Assembly: GCA_963806225.1 (NCBI GenBank)
Contig: CAWDXG010000004.1
Span: 3,360,001 to 3,424,000 of the forward strand
DNA from: an uncultured delta proteobacterium
Lineage (GTDB): Bacteria; Myxococcota_A; Polyangia; Polyangiales; Polyangiaceae
DNA: 64,000 bases
Reading direction: 5' to 3'
Shown: piece after piece, positions 21,462-31,924 of the stretch
Layout of the letters: each line of letters opens with the position of its first letter
How positions within the stretch are numbered: the stretch's first letter is position 1
Position numbers and translations under genes: made by a program
The notes under the pieces: generated by a model
The model's input: only the letters and a program-made list of their open reading frames with translations
Database searches by the model: none
What the model was told of the DNA's origin: nothing

Positions 21462-22567
21462 ATGAGCGAAAAGCGCGACTACTACGAGGTTCTGGAAGTC
21501 TCGCGTGAAGCGAGCAGCGACGAGATCCGGCGGGCATACCGCCAGTGCGCGCTGAAGCATCACCCGGACCGGAACCCCGACGACAAGGAGGCCGAGGATC
21601 GCTTCAAGGAAGCCACCGAGGCCTACAGCGTGCTCTCCGACGACGAGAAGCGGCAGGCCTACGACCGCTTCGGCTTCGCCGGCGTCAGCGGCGGCGCCGG
21701 CTTCGATTTCTCCTCGGCCGGCGTCGGCGACATCCTGAGCCACTTCCAGGACATGTTCTCCGACTTCTTCGGCGGCTTCGGCGGCTTCGGCGGCGGCGGG
21801 CGCCCGCGCGGCCCGGAGCGCGGACAGGAACGTCCGGGTCGACGCCACCATCTCGCTCAAGGACACGATGACCGGCTGCAAGCACGGAGATCGTCGTGCA
21901 GGGCGCCGCGGCGTGCGACGACTGCGGCGGCAGCGGCGCCAAGGCCGGCACGCAACCCGAGACGTGCCCGCAGTGCCGCGGCTCCGGCCAGGTCACGACC
22001 CAGCGCGGCTTCATCATGTTCAGCACCACCTGCCCGCGCTGTCGCGGCACCGGGCAGTTCGTCAAGGATCCGTGTGGCAGCTGCCAGGGCAGCGGCTTCG
22101 TGGAAAAGCGCCGCAAGGTGCTGGTGACCTTCCCCGCGGGCATCGACTCGGGCCAACGGCTTCGCGTTCCCGGCCAGGGCATGCCGGGGCCCACCGGCGC
22201 GCCGCCGGGGGATCTCTACGTCGACGTGAGCGTCGAGCACGACGAGCAGTTCGAGCGTGAAGGCTACGATCTGATCGCCCGCGAGCCGGTGTCCTTCCCC
22301 GAAGCAGCGCTCGGCGGCGAGCTGCACCTCACACTGCCGGACGACACGGAAGTGTCCGCCACGGTGAAGGCCGGCACCCAGCCCGGCACCATCATCACGC
22401 TCTCCGGCAAGGGCATTCCGCGGCTCGATCGCCGCAGCCGCGGCGACCTGCACATCGTGGTCGAAGTGCAAGTCCCGAAGAAGCTCAGCCGCCGCGCGAA
22501 GAAGCTGCTGCAGGAGCTCGAAGCCGAGCTCGGCGCGCCGCACAGTGCGCGCTCGGCCGCCAGCTAG
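21462..22567 (+). CDS. dnaJ: Chaperone DnaJ, with frameshifts near 21830 and 21885 (likely sequencing errors)
   Basis: HPDRN J domain, G/F-rich region, four CxxCxGxG repeats, C-terminal GDL motifs, spread over three frames. Confidence 0.93.
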
Positions 22568-22588
22568 CCGCCAGCCCTGACATCCGGA

Positions 22589-22837
22589 TCAGTCCGCGCC
22601 GGCGTCGGCTGCGTCGGAGCTGTGCGCGTCGCTGCTGGCGTCGGCCTGCGCGCAGCCCGGATCGGCGCCCGCATCGGCTCCCGCCTCGTCGCCGCTCAGC
22701 GCGGCTCTCGCCGAACACAAGGCGCATCCGCCGCCGCCGCTGTTGCCGGGACCGCCGCAACATCCCGCCACGAACGAGCCTCCGACGATCATCGCCAGGC
22801 CCAACACGAACCGCCACTTGAAGTGTCTCCCAAGCAT
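22589..22837 (-). CDS. Small lipoprotein with an acidic DAG-rich tail
   Basis: Lipobox VAGC. Confidence 0.5.
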   Translation of the reverse strand: MLGRHFKWRFVLGLAMIVGGSFVAGCCGGPGNSGGGGCALCSARAALSGDEAGADAGADPGCAQADASSDAHSSDAADAGAD

Positions 22838-22879
22838 GGGAACGTGTTGAAGCAAGAAGCGAGCCCATCGCGCGCGGAG

Positions 22880-23464
22880 CTACCGGGCGAATCCGTACAA
22901 CGCCGACAGCGCCGCGAAGACCCACAGCACGTAGGTGAACCGCCCCCCGATCGGACGGGTCCACTGCGGCACCCGCGAGAAGGCCTCGCGCCACACGTCG
23001 CGCGACTCGCCGAGCGCGCGGTCGGGCATGAACACCACCTGCGTCCGGATGCGGAACAGCACGCCTTCCGGACGCACCGCGGCGCCCGTCACGTCACCGA
23101 GCGGCCACTCCTGGGCGCGACCGCTCGCGTCCTCGTAGCGCAGCGTTCCGCGCTGCAGCGACACGCGCACCCGCCGCTGGTCCTCCGGCAGCTTCGACAG
23201 CCCGCGGATCTGCAGGGCGCGCTGGCCGAGCAGCAATGCGATCCAGAGCCCGGCGATGACCAGCCCCGAGAGCACGCCGAACAGCGGCCCGGTCTGCTTC
23301 GCGGACATCGCGATGCCGATGTACACGAGACAGAACGCGACCGGCCAGCGCAGCACGTTCAGGCTCGCGCCCGGCACCAGCGTCGCCGCCAGCCCGAGGT
23401 CGCGCGCACCGAAGCACCATTGTGCGCGGAGCTCGGGAAGCGTCGTCGGATCCGCGTCGCTCAT
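22880..23464 (-). CDS. Hypothetical membrane protein (YcxB-like)
   Basis: Two TM helices, a PH-like beta region ending FMPDRAL, and a C-terminal TM helix. Confidence 0.6.
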   Translation of the reverse strand: MSDADPTTLPELRAQWCFGARDLGLAATLVPGASLNVLRWPVAFCLVYIGIAMSAKQTGPLFGVLSGLVIAGLWIALLLGQRALQIRGLSKLPEDQRRVRVSLQRGTLRYEDASGRAQEWPLGDVTGAAVRPEGVLFRIRTQVVFMPDRALGESRDVWREAFSRVPQWTRPIGGRFTYVLWVFAALSALYGFAR

Positions 23465-23546
23465 CGCGGCCGACCGTACTTGAATCGCGCGGACGTGAAC
23501 ATGCGCTTGACCCTTCGCCCCGCCGCTTCAAGCATGAAGCCAGGCG

Positions 23547-24357
23547 ATGCGGGATATCGAAGCGCACTACAGCGACGGCGGCCTTCTGGAACGCATGCTC
23601 CAGGCGCTGGGCGCGCTTTATGGGGATCCCGCGAAGCTGTCGGTCGACGACCTCGCGCCGGTCGACGAGTTCCACACGCGCGGTCGCGTGGCCACGCGCG
23701 AGCTGGCCGAGCTCGGCGGACTCGAGCCGGGCCTGCGCGTGCTCGACGTGGGCAGCGGCCTGGGCGGACCGGCGCGTTTCCTCGCGGCGCATCGCGGCTG
23801 CGACGTGACCGGCGTGGACCTCGTCGCCGAGTTCTGCCAGGTGGCCACCGAGCTGACCCGGCTCACGCGTCTCGAAGACCGGGTGCGCTTCCAACAGGCA
23901 AACGCCCTTTCGCTGCCTTTCCCCGACGCGAGCTTCGACGCCGTGTGGACCCTGCAGGCGCAGATGAACATCGCCGACAAGCGCGGCTTCTATCGCGGAG
24001 ATCGCGCGCGTGCTCGCACCTGGCGGGCATTTCGTGTTCCAGGACATCTGCGCCGGCAACGGCGAGCCGCTCGACTTCCCCGTGCCCTGGGCCACGGAGC
24101 CCTCGCAGAGCCATCTCGTCGCACCGGACGCGCTGCGCGCGCTGTTGGCCGATCTCGGACTCGAAGAGCGCGCCTGGCGCGACGTCTCCAACGCCACCCG
24201 CGCCTGGCGCGCCGCGCACCCCGCCCCCGCCAAGCCGCCAGCGCTCGGCACGCACCTCATCATGGGCGCTCGCGCTCCCGAGAAGCGCAGGAACTCCGCC
24301 GGCAACCTCGACAAGGGCCGCATCGCCTTCGTGCAGGGCGTGTTCGTGCGACCGTGA
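23547..24357 (+). CDS. Class I SAM-dependent methyltransferase, frameshift near 23997
   Basis: DEFHTRG, VLDVGSGLGGPAR, LPFPDASFD, MNIADK, then EIARVLAPGG in the next frame. Confidence 0.88.
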
Positions 24358-24665
24358 CCACGCGCCGCCCGGGATCGATCGCGTACTGATCGCCCGGGGG
24401 GTGCCCCGCACGATTCCACAACGCAACACGGGCGGCGTGCTCGCTGTCGCTGCGCGCGCCGGGGTCCCCCAAGGCCGGGCGCAACGCCCGCCCGGGGGCC
24501 CAACGTCCAGTTCCGGACAGACGTGCGGTTCCCCCTGAGCGCGCGCAGCCGCGAAGCGGCGAGCACGCGATTTGGGGGAACCCCGCGGAGCGGGCGCGAC
24601 AGCGATGTGTCGAGCGAGGGGGCAATCCCGCGGAGCGGGCGCGAGGGTCGCAGTGGTTGGACGTG

Positions 24666-25765
24666 CACGCGCATTTCCGCTCTCCCGGACGCCCGACGGC
24701 GTCGAAATGCACGCCACACGCGCATTTCCGCTCTCCCGGACGCCCGACGGCGTCGAAATGCACGCCACACGCGCATTTCCGCTCTCCCGGACGCCCGACG
24801 GCGTCGAAATGCACGCCACACGCGCATTTCCGCTCTCCCGGACGCCCGACGGCGTCGAAATGCACGCCACACGCGCATTTCCGCTCTGGACGCCCGACGG
24901 CGTCGAAATGCACGCCACACGCGCATTTCCGCTCTCCCGGACGACCGACGGCGTCGAAATGCACGCCACACGCGCATTTCCGCTCTCCCGGACGACCGAC
25001 GGCGTCGAAATGCACGCCACACGCGCATTTCCGCTCTCCCGGACGACCGACGGCGTCGAAATGCACGCCACACGCGCATTTCCGCTCTCCCGGACGACCG
25101 ACGGCGTCGAAATGCACGCCACACGCGCATTTCCGCTCTCCCGGACGACCGACGGCGTCGAAATGCACGCCACACGCGCATTTCCGCTCTCCCGGACGAC
25201 CGACGGCGTCGAAATGCACGCCACACGCGCATTTCCGCTCTCCCGGACGACCGACGGCGTCGAAATGCACGCCACACGCGCATTTCCGCTCTCCCGGACG
25301 ACCGACGGCGTCGAAATGCACGCCACACGCGCATTTCCGCTCTCCCGGACGACCGACGGCGTCGAAATGCACGCCACACGCGCATTTCCGCTCTCCCGGA
25401 CGACCGACGGCGTCGAAATGCACGCCACACGCGCATTTCCGCTCTCCCGGACGACCGACGGCGTCGAAATGCACGCCACACGCGCATTTCCGCTCTCCCG
25501 GACGACCGACGGCGTCGAAATGCACGCCACACGCGCATTTCCGCTCTCCCGGACGACCGACGGCGTCGAAATGCACGCCACACGCGCATTTCCGCTCTCC
25601 CGGACGCCCGACGGCGTCGAAATGCACGCCACACGCGCATTTCCGCTCTCCCGGACGACCGACGGCGTCGAAATGCACGCCACACGCGCATTTCCGCTCT
25701 CCCGGACGCCCGACGGCGTCGAAATGCACGCCACACGCGCATTTCCGCTCTCCCGGACGCCGACG
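24666..25765. repeat. Tandem array of a 51-bp unit, 21 full copies plus one partial
   Basis: Unit CACGCGCATTTCCGCTCTCCCGGACG(A/C)CCGACGGCGTCGAAATGCACGCCA; copy 5 lacks CCC; no spacers. Confidence 0.98.
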
Positions 25766-25775
25766 AGAACGCGCG

Positions 25776-27077
25776 CTACGCCTTCGCGAGCTGGTCCAGG
25801 GCGCCGACCGTCGCGTCGAAGGGTTCGATCTGGTGGGCGTCCTGCTGGAGGAAGCGGTTGACGGCGGGGAGCGCGGCGATGGCGCGATCGACGGAGGCGT
25901 CGCTGCCAGCGGCGTAGGCGCCGAGCGCGATCAGGTCGCGCTTGTCCTCGTAGGCGCCGATCAGGGCACGCACCTCGCGCGCGGCTGTGCGGTGTTCCGG
26001 GGTCACGACGGCGTCCATCACGCGCGAGAGCGAGACGGGCACGTCGATCGCCGGATAGTGCCCGCGCGCGGCGATGCGGCGATCGAGGACGATGTGGCCG
26101 TCGAGGATGCCGCGCACCTCGTCGGCGATCGGCTCGTCCATGTCGCCGCCCTCGACGAGCACGGTGTAGATGGCGGTGATCGATCCGCGCTCGCCCTGTC
26201 CGCTGCGTTCGAGCAGCCGCGGCAGCATCGCGAACACGCTGGGCGGATAGCCGCGGCGCGCGGGCGGCTCGCCGGCGGCGAGGCCCACCTCGCGCTGTGC
26301 GCGCGCGAAGCGCGTGATGGAGTCGACGAGCAGCATCACGCTCTTGCCCTGATCGCGGAAGTGCTCGGCGACGGCCGTCGCGGTCTGCGCCGCGCGGAGT
26401 CTCTCCAGGGAAGGCGAGTCGCTGGTCGCGACCACGACGACCGAGCGCTTGCGGCCTTCTTCGCCCAGCGAGTGCTCGAGGAAATCGCCGACCTCGCGCC
26501 CGCGCTCGCCGACCAGCGCGACGACGACCACGTCCGCGCTGGTGCCGCGCGCGATGGCGCCGAGCAGCGTGCTCTTGCCGACGCCCGATCCGGCGAACAG
26601 CCCCACGCGCTGCCCGACCCCGACCGTGAGCAGTCCGTCGATGGCGCGCACGCCGGTCGACAGCGGGTCGGCCACGGGACGGCGACCGAGCGCGGGCGGC
26701 GGCGCGCGATCCACCGGCACGCTCGTGAGACCGCGCAGCTCGGGACCGCCGTCGACCACACGCCCGAGGCCGTCGAGCACGCGACCGAGGAGCGACGCTC
26801 CGGCGCCGATGCTGAGCGGCGCACCCGTCGACTCCACCGCGTCGTCCGGCCCGACGCCGGACAGCTCGCCGAGCGGGATGAGCACGGCCTCGCCCTGGTC
26901 GAAACCGACGACCTCGGCGGGCAGCGGCTCGCCGCGGCGTTTGAGCAGGACCACGTCGCCGATGCGCGCTCCGGCCAGCATCGCCCGCACGCTGAGCCCG
27001 GTGACGGCCCGTACGTGGCCGACCGGACGAAGCGCCGGGGTTTCCTGCAGGCTGGATCGGAGCGCGTCGAGATCCAC
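25776..27077 (-). CDS. FliI/YscN (SctN) family type III secretion ATPase
   Basis: GQRVGLFAGSGVGKSTLL, LVGERGREV, DSITRFARAQRE, GYPPSVF, DGHIVLDR. Confidence 0.95.
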   Translation of the reverse strand: MDLDALRSSLQETPALRPVGHVRAVTGLSVRAMLAGARIGDVVLLKRRGEPLPAEVVGFDQGEAVLIPLGELSGVGPDDAVESTGAPLSIGAGASLLGRVLDGLGRVVDGGPELRGLTSVPVDRAPPPALGRRPVADPLSTGVRAIDGLLTVGVGQRVGLFAGSGVGKSTLLGAIARGTSADVVVVALVGERGREVGDFLEHSLGEEGRKRSVVVVATSDSPSLERLRAAQTATAVAEHFRDQGKSVMLLVDSITRFARAQREVGLAAGEPPARRGYPPSVFAMLPRLLERSGQGERGSITAIYTVLVEGGDMDEPIADEVRGILDGHIVLDRRIAARGHYPAIDVPVSLSRVMDAVVTPEHRTAAREVRALIGAYEDKRDLIALGAYAAGSDASVDRAIAALPAVNRFLQQDAHQIEPFDATVGALDQLAKA

Positions 27078-27142
27078 GTGGGCGAGGGTAGCGGCGCGCT
27101 GCGCCGGACACCACCGTCCCGGCCAGAAGTTGCCTCCGCGCC

Positions 27143-27766
27143 GTGAACGGTGCCACGCTGCTCGCCGTGCGGATCAAGGGGCTAGCACTCGCAGCCGTTC
27201 TGGCCGCCGCAGGCTGTCATGCCTCGGTGAACGCCAACGTCAAGGCGAGCGGCGGCGCCGAGCAGGAAAGCCTGGACGAGGGCACAGCCGAGCCCGGTAC
27301 CGGCCAGCCGCTGGTGGGAGAGCCCGACGCCGAGAAGCCGTCGGGCCCGACGGCGCTCCTGGGCGCGCGCCACGATCTGCGGCTTGCCGCCAGCGTGACC
27401 CAGCCCACCTGCAGCTGCGTGGCCGCGGCCGTCGGGCTTCCGGACAGTGCCTCGTTCGCGTGGGAAGACAGCAAGCCCGCGCTCGACCCCAGCTCCCAGC
27501 AGGTGGTGGCGCTGCGCTCGGAGGGTATCCCGTGCAGCGCCGAGGTGCCGAAGGACACGCTGGGCGCCTCGTACTGGGGCTACAAGGTCGAGGGCAACGA
27601 CGTGATCGTGATCGTCGAGGACGCGCGCTTCGGTCGCCCCATCACCGCCGGCGCGATCATCCCGAAGCCGCAGCCTGGCGGCCACGTGTACCTCCAGCCG
27701 GCGAGCAAGAAGGTGCCCTACGGGCGGCCGCTCTCCGGCGGCGGAAGCCGCTGCCAGGTGCAATAG
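27143..27766 (+). CDS. Hypothetical lipoprotein
   Basis: Lipobox AAGC. Confidence 0.7.
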   Translation: MNGATLLAVRIKGLALAAVLAAAGCHASVNANVKASGGAEQESLDEGTAEPGTGQPLVGEPDAEKPSGPTALLGARHDLRLAASVTQPTCSCVAAAVGLPDSASFAWEDSKPALDPSSQQVVALRSEGIPCSAEVPKDTLGASYWGYKVEGNDVIVIVEDARFGRPITAGAIIPKPQPGGHVYLQPASKKVPYGRPLSGGGSRCQVQ

Positions 27767-27768
27767 GA

Positions 27769-27806
27769 TGTAGCAAAATGTCACATAAATGTGACATTTT
27801 GCTACA
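27769..27806. repeat. AT-rich perfect palindrome (18-bp arms, 2-nt spacer)
   Basis: TGTAGCAAAATGTCACAT-AA-ATGTGACATTTTGCTACA. Confidence 0.95.
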
Positions 27807-28929
27807 CTAAGCGGGCCCCAGGGCCGCTGCGAGCGCCGCGCGGCGTTCCTGCATGTGCGCACCGAGGTGCGTGACGAGGAACTGTCCGAGCTCCCGCCGC
27901 GGCAGCGGCGAACACACGTCGGCGTACGCAGACTGGATGGCGCGGCGCATCTCCGCCGCGGTCTGGAAGCGCTCGTCGGCGTTGCGCGTCATGGCGCGAT
28001 GGACGATCTGGGCGACCGCACGCGGGGTGTGGGCAGGCAGCGGCCGGATCGTCTCGCCGCGCTTGATCTGCACCAGCACCTCGCCGAGCGATCCCGGATA
28101 CGGCATCTGCCCCGCAACGAGCCGGTACAGGACGACGCCCGCGGACCAGATGTCGGTACGCCGGTCGATGCTGCCACGCAGCACCTGCTCGGGCGCCATG
28201 TAGCTCACCTTGCCCTTGAGCACGCCCGAGCGCGTCTGCTCGCTGAGGCGCTGCGCGGCCCTGGCGACGCCGAAGTCGATCAGCTTCACGTCGCCGTCGG
28301 CACTGATCAGACATGTTCGATGGGGAAATGTCGCGGTGGACGACCTCGAGCGGAACACCGTGAGCGTCACGGAGCTCGTGCGCTGCGTCGAGGCCGAGAC
28401 AGCAGTCGCCCACCACGCGCAGCGCGAACGAGAGCGGCAGGTCCTTCTTGCGCTGTTCCAGCACCTTGAGCAGCGAGGAGAGCGCGTCACCGTCGACCCA
28501 CTCCAGCGCCACGTACGGCAATCCGGTGTCGGTGCCCACGTCGCGGATCGCGACCACGTTGGGGTGCTGGATCTTCGAGAGGAGGCGCGCCTCGTCGAGG
28601 AACATGCTGACGAACGTCTCCTCGCTGGCCAGATGCGACATCAGCACCTTGAGCGCGACGACCTCACGCCGCCCGTCGCGCCGCTGCCGGAACGCGACCC
28701 ACACCGTGGCCATGCCGCCCCGCGCGATCTGCGTGACGAGCTGGTAGCGGCCGACCTGCATGCCGGGCTCCAGCGCCGGCAGCATGGAGGGCGGCGGAGG
28801 CGGCTGGGAGTTGCTGGCCAGCACAACGCGGCGCCAGCGGTACGAGAGCGGCATCGCGCTTTCGCTGGTCGTGTCCCAACGCCTGCGCGAGGGTGGGCGC
28901 GGTCGATCGTTTTCGTCGTCCCCAGACAT
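27807..28929 (-). CDS. Hanks-type Ser/Thr protein kinase, frameshift near 28312
   Basis: ARGGMATVW, VALK, FLDEARL, HRDISPSN, KLIDFGVA, YMAPEQ, DIWSAG. Confidence 0.93.
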
Positions 28930-29073
28930 CGATTGTGCGCGCCGAGCGGAAACGGCCGGCGACGCTACCAGGATACGCCGGTCCCCTACGGCCGGCGAGC
29001 GGACAGGAAATGTCCGGCCTTGGGAGAACTCCTGCAGACTGGACGCGCGCGCAGTGTTATGAAGGGGCAGATC

Positions 29074-29865
29074 ATGGACCTGTCTGCTTCCGATCATCCG
29101 TTGTTCGCGGCCCTGGCCCAGCGCTCCGCGGCCGCCGAAGAACTCCCCGGCTCCGCCCCGGGCTACGCCCTGTTCCAGGGCGACGCCGTGGAGTGGCTGC
29201 GCACGCTGGGCGATGGGAGCGTGGATCTGGTCATCACCGATCCGCCCTACGAGTCCCTGGAAAAGCACCGGAAGGTCGGCACCACCACGCGGCTCAAGCA
29301 CAGCTTGGCCTCGAGCAACGATTGGTTTTCAGTGTTCCCCAACGCGCGCTTCGGCGAGCTCTTCGCCGAGCTGTACCGCGTGCTGAAGAAGGGCCGTCAC
29401 TTCTACCTGCTGTGCGATCAGGAGACGATGTTCGTCGCCAAGCCGATCGCCGAGCAGGCGGGGTTCAGGTTCTGGAAACCGATCGTGTGGGACAAGCGCA
29501 AGATCGGCATGGGGTATCACTACCGCTCGCGTTACGAGCTCATCCTGTTCTTCGAGAAGGGCAAGCGGAAGCTGAATGACCTGTCGGTGCCGGACATCAT
29601 CGAAGAGCCGCGCATCCGCGGCGGCTACCCCGCGGAAAAGCCCGCGGCGCTGAACGAGGTGCTGATCCGGCAGAGCACGCAGGCGGGCGAGCTCGTCGTC
29701 GATCCGTTCATGGGCTCGGGCTCCGCCGGTGTGGCGGCGGCGCGGCTCGGGCGGAGCTTCCTGGGCAACGATCTCAACCCGGCAGCGCTCGACCTCGCAG
29801 GTCCGCGCCTGGAACAAGCCGGTGCCAGGTCGGCCGAGCGGCTGTATGCTCGCGCCCGACGATGA
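29074..29865 (+). CDS. Site-specific DNA methyltransferase (N4/N6, beta-class motif order)
   Basis: DLVITDPPY precedes EKP..DPFMGSGS. Confidence 0.93.
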   Translation: MDLSASDHPLFAALAQRSAAAEELPGSAPGYALFQGDAVEWLRTLGDGSVDLVITDPPYESLEKHRKVGTTTRLKHSLASSNDWFSVFPNARFGELFAELYRVLKKGRHFYLLCDQETMFVAKPIAEQAGFRFWKPIVWDKRKIGMGYHYRSRYELILFFEKGKRKLNDLSVPDIIEEPRIRGGYPAEKPAALNEVLIRQSTQAGELVVDPFMGSGSAGVAAARLGRSFLGNDLNPAALDLAGPRLEQAGARSAERLYARARR

Positions 29866-30341
29866 CCGGCAACGAGTACAAGCACCGGATCGCGCACTAT
29901 CTGCTCAGCGCCTACGCGCGGCGCGGTCTGTCGGTCTACGACGAGGTCACGCTCGGCACGTCGATCATCGGCAAGCGCCGGCGGATCGATCTGTTCTTGC
30001 ACGAGCGGGAGGAAAATCGCGTTCTCGCGCTCGAGTGCAAGTACCAGGACTCCTCCGGCACCGCCGACGAGAAGATCCCGTACGCGCTGGACGACCTGGC
30101 CGCGCTGCGCGTGCCCGGCTGCATCGTGTACGCGGGCACGGGCTTCTCGGCCGGCGTGCTGCACCTGTTGCAGGGCTCGGAGCTCGCAGCGTACTGCATG
30201 CCGGAGGACGACATGAAAACCGTGCCGCGACCACAGACGGGCTCGCTCGACGCGGGAACCTGGCAGCTCGATCACATCCTGGCGGCGACTTTCGGCTGGT
30301 GGGACATCGTGCTCAGCGGCCGGTCGCCGCTACTGCTGTAG
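29862..30341 (+). CDS. Small PD-(D/E)XK superfamily nuclease
   Basis: RRIDL..LECKYQDSSGTADEKIPY; ATGA overlap with the methyltransferase. Confidence 0.8.
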   Translation: MTGNEYKHRIAHYLLSAYARRGLSVYDEVTLGTSIIGKRRRIDLFLHEREENRVLALECKYQDSSGTADEKIPYALDDLAALRVPGCIVYAGTGFSAGVLHLLQGSELAAYCMPEDDMKTVPRPQTGSLDAGTWQLDHILAATFGWWDIVLSGRSPLLL

Positions 30342-30400
30342 CGGCCGTCAGAGCGCCGGGCCCGCGGGGAAAGCCCGGGCGCGCCCGCGGGTGATGCGAT

Positions 30401-31786
30401 ATGTTGCCGCGCATGCAGGCACGCCGATGGTTGTGCGTCGCCGCCGGAGCGCTTCTGCTCGCGGCAGGCGGCTGCCACAAGAAGAAGAAGCCCGCGGAGG
30501 CCACGGGCAGCGCCTCGGGAGGTATCCAGCCGCAGGATCTGCAGCTGGACATGTCCGGGGCACCCGAGTCGAAAGCGAACCCGCTCCCCAAGGCCGGGAC
30601 GATGGGGATGACGCTGGACCAGCTGCAGAAGCGCTGGAACGACAAGGCGCAGAAGCACGACACGCAGAAGATCTCCATCTGGCAGCGCCAGCCCATCCCC
30701 GCGTTCCAGGCGTGGCGCGCCGCCACGCCGCTGGGGCGGGGCGTGCAGCTCGAGGTGATCGGCATCGGCAAGGACCAGGTGCAGACGGCCCGGGTGTCCG
30801 CCGAGCCGCTGAGCGATCACAACAAGAAGACGCTGTTCGACGCCTGGGAGACGCTGCGCACGGCCATCACGCCGGACATCTCGCAGGAGCAGCTGTACAA
30901 GGGGCTGGATCTGCTGTCGAAGCCCACCGCCCGCACGCGCTACATGACCGCGGGCGGCTACATCTATCAGCTAAACTACGCGGCGCTCAGGCCCGCACCG
31001 AGGGCGCGCGTCACGCTGACGGTGCTCAGCGCGCAGCCCAAGCCCGATCCGGACAAGCCGTTTTCGATGCTGGTCATGCTCGGCCGCACCACCACCTTCG
31101 GCAGCATGGGCTCGTTCTCGGTCGAGTACTCGCCCGCGAGCCGGGGCAAGACCTTCGAGCAGGCGGCCCAGCTCTGCGACAAGCAGGGGCTCTCGCTCTG
31201 CAGCGACGCGCAGTGGCACCGCGCCTGCTCGCAGCTCGGGGACGTGTCGGGGTTTTCCACATGGACGGCGTCGTTCAACAAGGACCAGACGAAGCTGCAG
31301 ACGCGCGGCGGCGAGAACTGCGACTCGGGCGATGCGGTCGGCGCGAAGGACAAGGATCCGAAGCGCGGCGCGCTGTGCTGCACGCGCAACGTCGCCATGA
31401 CGGGCATGGGCAGCACGGCGATGAAGGGCATGTTCACCCTGCCCGTGCTGGTGTTCGAGCAGGCGCAGAACCACAAGAACTGGACGCAGCTCGCCCAGTC
31501 GCTCGCCGACAAGCTAGGGCATTTCTACGATCTCACCGACGCCAAGCGCGCCGACGCGATCAAGCTCGCCAAGGACAGCGCCCAGGAGCACCCCGACCGC
31601 TGGTCGGAGCACCAGAACTGCGACCTGAAGGGCGGCGACCGGCAGATGCATTTCCTTCTGACGTGCACGGAAAACGTCTTCCAGGGGGATCAAGGCATGG
31701 CGAGGGTGGTGCAGTACGGCGTCAACCAGAGCCACATCGAGCTGGTGCAGCAGATGAAAGTGCTGCGCAAGATGGGGCCGATGTAG
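30401..31786 (+). CDS. Lipoprotein with a Cys-rich FGE/C-type-lectin-like region
   Basis: Lipobox AGGC; AAQLCDKQGLSLCSDAQWHRAC..RGG..C..LCC. Confidence 0.7.
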   Translation: MLPRMQARRWLCVAAGALLLAAGGCHKKKKPAEATGSASGGIQPQDLQLDMSGAPESKANPLPKAGTMGMTLDQLQKRWNDKAQKHDTQKISIWQRQPIPAFQAWRAATPLGRGVQLEVIGIGKDQVQTARVSAEPLSDHNKKTLFDAWETLRTAITPDISQEQLYKGLDLLSKPTARTRYMTAGGYIYQLNYAALRPAPRARVTLTVLSAQPKPDPDKPFSMLVMLGRTTTFGSMGSFSVEYSPASRGKTFEQAAQLCDKQGLSLCSDAQWHRACSQLGDVSGFSTWTASFNKDQTKLQTRGGENCDSGDAVGAKDKDPKRGALCCTRNVAMTGMGSTAMKGMFTLPVLVFEQAQNHKNWTQLAQSLADKLGHFYDLTDAKRADAIKLAKDSAQEHPDRWSEHQNCDLKGGDRQMHFLLTCTENVFQGDQGMARVVQYGVNQSHIELVQQMKVLRKMGPM

Positions 31787-31924
31787 CGGTCGGCGGGAAA
31801 GGGACGCCCGGGGCGCGCCGCGCGCGGCGCTGGCCGACGTGGCCCGCAGGACACGTGCTACGCCTGAAGCGTCGGGGGGGCGCGGCAAGGCCCGTTGGCG
31901 TCGTTGCCGACGATTGGAGGTGAG

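Noticed and set aside
21462..22567. dnaJ as a pseudogene or programmed frameshift
   Set aside because: All motifs are intact, no slippery site is evident, and similar indels occur in many unrelated genes
24666..25765. CRISPR array
   Set aside because: Units are contiguous and near-identical with no unique spacers, and no cas genes are recognisable in the window
23094..27177. Long ORFs (882, 1104, 829, 489, 464, 429 aa) crossing the array
   Set aside because: They arise from a stop-free 51-bp unit and overlap better-supported genes
27769..27806. dif, parS or CRP site
   Set aside because: Does not match the XerC/D 11-6-11, GTTCCACGTGGAAC or TGTGA-N6-TCACA patterns
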